27,119 nucleotides of DNA, from positions 1 to 27,119 of the forward strand of contig JAHWHA010000054.1 in NCBI GenBank assembly GCA_019323665.1, written 5' to 3'. Below, one piece after another: positions 25,279-27,119 of this stretch; the first letter of the stretch is position 1; each line of letters opens with the position of its first letter. The position numbers were made by a program, and so were the translations under genes. The notes below the pieces were generated by a model. The model searched no databases. It was not told the origin of the DNA and saw only the letters and a program-made list of their open reading frames with translations. The DNA comes from Candidatus Woesearchaeota archaeon. Its GTDB lineage: Archaea; Nanobdellota; Nanobdellia; Woesearchaeales; JAGVZT01.

Positions 25279-25584
25279 TCACAGCATATAAGCCATCTGT
25301 GTAGCCATAATCGAAGCTGTTTTAATGCTGTCTATCTGCACAAGGATATTGATAAGGTTTCTCAACCCAATAGCCACTACAAGCCTTTCCCTTGCGTCTA
25401 ATCGGGTTGTCATGATGCCTTTCTCAATCACTTGTGTCTTTAACTTCAGGGAACTATCTATTTCAGCAGTAAGGACTGCTTTCATAAGTTCCTTGAAGTC
25501 ATTCTGGAACTGCTCATCCCAGAACTTGTATTCGTGCATCTTGCTTTTTTCAAGATGCAAGTCCTTCAAGATTTCTTCTTCCAT
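25279..25584 (-). CDS. Hypothetical protein (101 aa)
   Basis: Start MEEEILKD after GGAGG RBS. Confidence 0.7.
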   Translation of the reverse strand: MEEEILKDLHLEKSKMHEYKFWDEQFQNDFKELMKAVLTAEIDSSLKLKTQVIEKGIMTTRLDARERLVVAIGLRNLINILVQIDSIKTASIMATQMAYML

Positions 25585-25600
25585 TTTGTTGCCTCCTCTC

Positions 25601-25714
25601 CTATATCCAACCACATTCATCACAGTATAACGAATCCAGCCCACCAAATCGTGGGTCATCGTGATGAACAGTCAGAGATATGCTTTTGCATATCGGACAC
25701 TTACATTTTGCCAT
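25601..25714 (-). CDS. Zn-ribbon microprotein (37 aa)
   Basis: MAKCKCPICKSISLTVHHDDPRFGGLDSLYCDECGWI; GAGGTG RBS. Confidence 0.65.
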   Translation of the reverse strand: MAKCKCPICKSISLTVHHDDPRFGGLDSLYCDECGWI

Positions 25715-25746
25715 AGAAAACACCTCACTTATTGTTGATTATTAAC

Positions 25747-25980
25747 CTATCCAGAAGTAACTCTTACTTTAGTATTCTTGTCATCTCTTGCGTGTTTGAT
25801 AGCCCTCGCATATCTCTTGATATGTTTAGCTTCTATATCATAGATACCACTACTAAACACCACTCTCAAGAAATCTGATTTTATTGGACTCTCGCCCATC
25901 AACACTTTAGCCTTAATTATCCTATCGGGTTTGGAGTTGCCGTGATACTCCAAACTATCTCCTTTGATTTTTATAGCCAT
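25747..25980 (-). CDS. Hypothetical protein
   Basis: Start MAIKIKG after GGAGTGG RBS. Confidence 0.65.
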   Translation of the reverse strand: MAIKIKGDSLEYHGNSKPDRIIKAKVLMGESPIKSDFLRVVFSSGIYDIEAKHIKRYARAIKHARDDKNTKVRVTSG

Positions 25981-26065
25981 AGCTACCACTCCACCCAATC
26001 ATTAGTAGAGTAATCCTCGTAGAAGTAATCTAATCTAACTCTTATCATTTTGCCTCCTGATTGTT

Positions 26066-26428
26066 TTAGTCGTTAGTAAGCAAGTGTAATCTTTTGTAAG
26101 TTGCCCACTCATAAGGTTGGTTTTTTGGTTGAGTAATCCTCAACATAAAAGCTTTAGAGCTAACACCCTTCATATTGCCAAACTTGAATATTTCAAGGTC
26201 TTTATTCTCTTTATAGCTTGGAACATCTTGCTTAAGATATTTCCACTTGCCTGTGCTATCCTTATAAAGCAACCCACCCCTAACTAACCTATCTTGTAAA
26301 GCTAAACCTCCAGAAGCTAACCCATCACAGCGTTTATGGTTATTCCTAAACTGCTGGTTATGGGTATTCAATCTGCTGTGGCGTTTAGCTCTCGCTATTG
26401 CCCTTTGCTTTTTCCATTTCTTTCCCAT
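26066..26428 (-). CDS. Basic hypothetical protein
   Basis: Start MGKKWKK after AGGAG RBS. Confidence 0.65.
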   Translation of the reverse strand: MGKKWKKQRAIARAKRHSRLNTHNQQFRNNHKRCDGLASGGLALQDRLVRGGLLYKDSTGKWKYLKQDVPSYKENKDLEIFKFGNMKGVSSKAFMLRITQPKNQPYEWATYKRLHLLTND

Positions 26429-26438
26429 ATTGACTCCT

Positions 26439-26469
26439 AAAGAAAAAGGGATATGGTCGCCCATATCCC
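26439..26469 (-). terminator. GNRA stem-loop plus T-tract
   Basis: GGGATATGG-GCGA-CCATATCCC-TTTTTCTTT directly after the 26477 stop. Confidence 0.7.
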
Positions 26470-26476
26470 AAAATAT

Positions 26477-26713
26477 TTACTCCTCACTCTCTTTTAGCTC
26501 GTTAGCTTTCAGGACTAAAAAATCCTCTGAAAACTTACGCCATCTCTGGATACTATTGACTAATTGGTTGTTGTCAATAGATATCTCTACACCTGCGTCT
26601 TTTGCAAGTGTCTTAATACCTTCTTGGACTCTATCTGCTCTTGGGTTTTCAGTTTTACCATATACTGAAAACAGCTCAAAAACAGATTTAGGTTGTTCAA
26701 TCTCCTGTGCCAT
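26477..26713 (-). CDS. Hypothetical protein (78 aa)
   Basis: ORF track; GGAGGT RBS. Confidence 0.7.
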   Translation of the reverse strand: MAQEIEQPKSVFELFSVYGKTENPRADRVQEGIKTLAKDAGVEISIDNNQLVNSIQRWRKFSEDFLVLKANELKESEE

Positions 26714-26754
26714 TTTGTTACCTCCTTCCTTTATTTAAGGAACATGAATAGTTT

Positions 26755-26796
26755 AAAAAGAAAAAATTGGGGGGATATTCTCCCCCCTAAAAAAAA
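26755..26796 (-). terminator. GC stem-loop flanked by T-tracts
   Basis: GGGGGGA/TCCCCCC stem 26769-26787 with T8 before and T-rich run after on the minus strand. Confidence 0.65.
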
Positions 26797-27036
26797 CTCG
26801 TTGTAGGTCTAAAGGAGTTGAGATAATGGCTTTCGCTATTGCTTATACCATTATCTATTTGGCTTTGTTTTTAGCATATCGCATAGACTCGTAAGTATAT
26901 CTCGGTCTCACACGGGACTCCATACTCCTATCTACGTATTATAGCCCTCATATTTTTGCTGTCTATGAGTATTTGCTTACAGATAGCTCTCGCTATCAGG
27001 CTTCACTGCTTTCAATCCTTCCGGGCTTTTTTGCCC
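26790..27036 (-). ncRNA. Candidate structured non-coding RNA (about 250 nt)
   Basis: Lies between TATA box and terminator; no long ORF; several hairpins including a GAGA tetraloop stem. Confidence 0.4.
26826..26894 (+). CDS. Candidate 22-aa hydrophobic peptide
   Basis: AAAGGAG SD 8 nt before ATG; MAFAIAYTIIYLALFLAYRIDS. Confidence 0.3.
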   Translation: MAFAIAYTIIYLALFLAYRIDS

Positions 27037-27060
27037 TTAAAGTGTGGAAAGTAGATAAAC

Positions 27061-27075
27061 TATATAAATATTGTG
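27061..27075 (-). promoter_or_regulatory. Archaeal TATA promoter
   Basis: Minus strand CACAATATTTATATA; predicted start about 27036-27040. Confidence 0.55.
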
Positions 27076-27119
27076 GTGATGTAAAATATAGTTTGTAGCC
27101 TCCACAACTGGTATGGTAA

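Noticed and set aside
25615..25700. Nested inverted repeats and C/D-box-like words suggesting an sRNA
   Set aside because: Lies entirely within a well-formed Zn-ribbon ORF with RBS; box order does not fit a C/D RNA
3..26738. The many plus-strand ORFs in the track (all except 8656..8946) and nested minus-strand alternates
   Set aside because: They are shadows of well-supported minus-strand genes, lacking RBSs or recognisable motifs

Overview
Gene-dense segment of an archaeal-type mobile element, most likely a virus/provirus or large plasmid. Almost all genes are on the minus strand. The archaeal assignment rests on GGAGGTGA-type RBSs, BRE/TATA promoters and MCM/AEP/single-OB SSB genes. No capsid, terminase, integrase, rRNA, tRNA or CRISPR array is recognisable, so element type and host cannot be fixed. 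The left part has small accessory genes, a phage-type lipoprotein and a GT4 glycosyltransferase, bracketed by two paralogous micro-ORFs. The centre is a replication module: intein-containing MCM, Orc1/Cdc6-like AAA+-wHTH protein, AT-rich repeat-bearing candidate origin, PriS-like primase and SSB. The right part is a long accessory run with many Zn-finger microproteins, a frameshifted SprT-like protease, a degenerate HNH, a GP88-like protein and a MoxR AAA/vWA-metallopeptidase pair. Its most notable unit is a divergent Ku-like gene in an operon with a LigD-type ATP-dependent ligase, a candidate element-encoded NHEJ system. Other notable signals: a shared C-terminal hydrophobic-hydrophobic-x-x-Leu ending on five unrelated proteins, a two-copy bulged-hairpin element with variable loop, and a candidate structured ncRNA antisense to a 22-aa hydrophobic peptide. 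All homology calls were made by eye from motifs; no searches were run.
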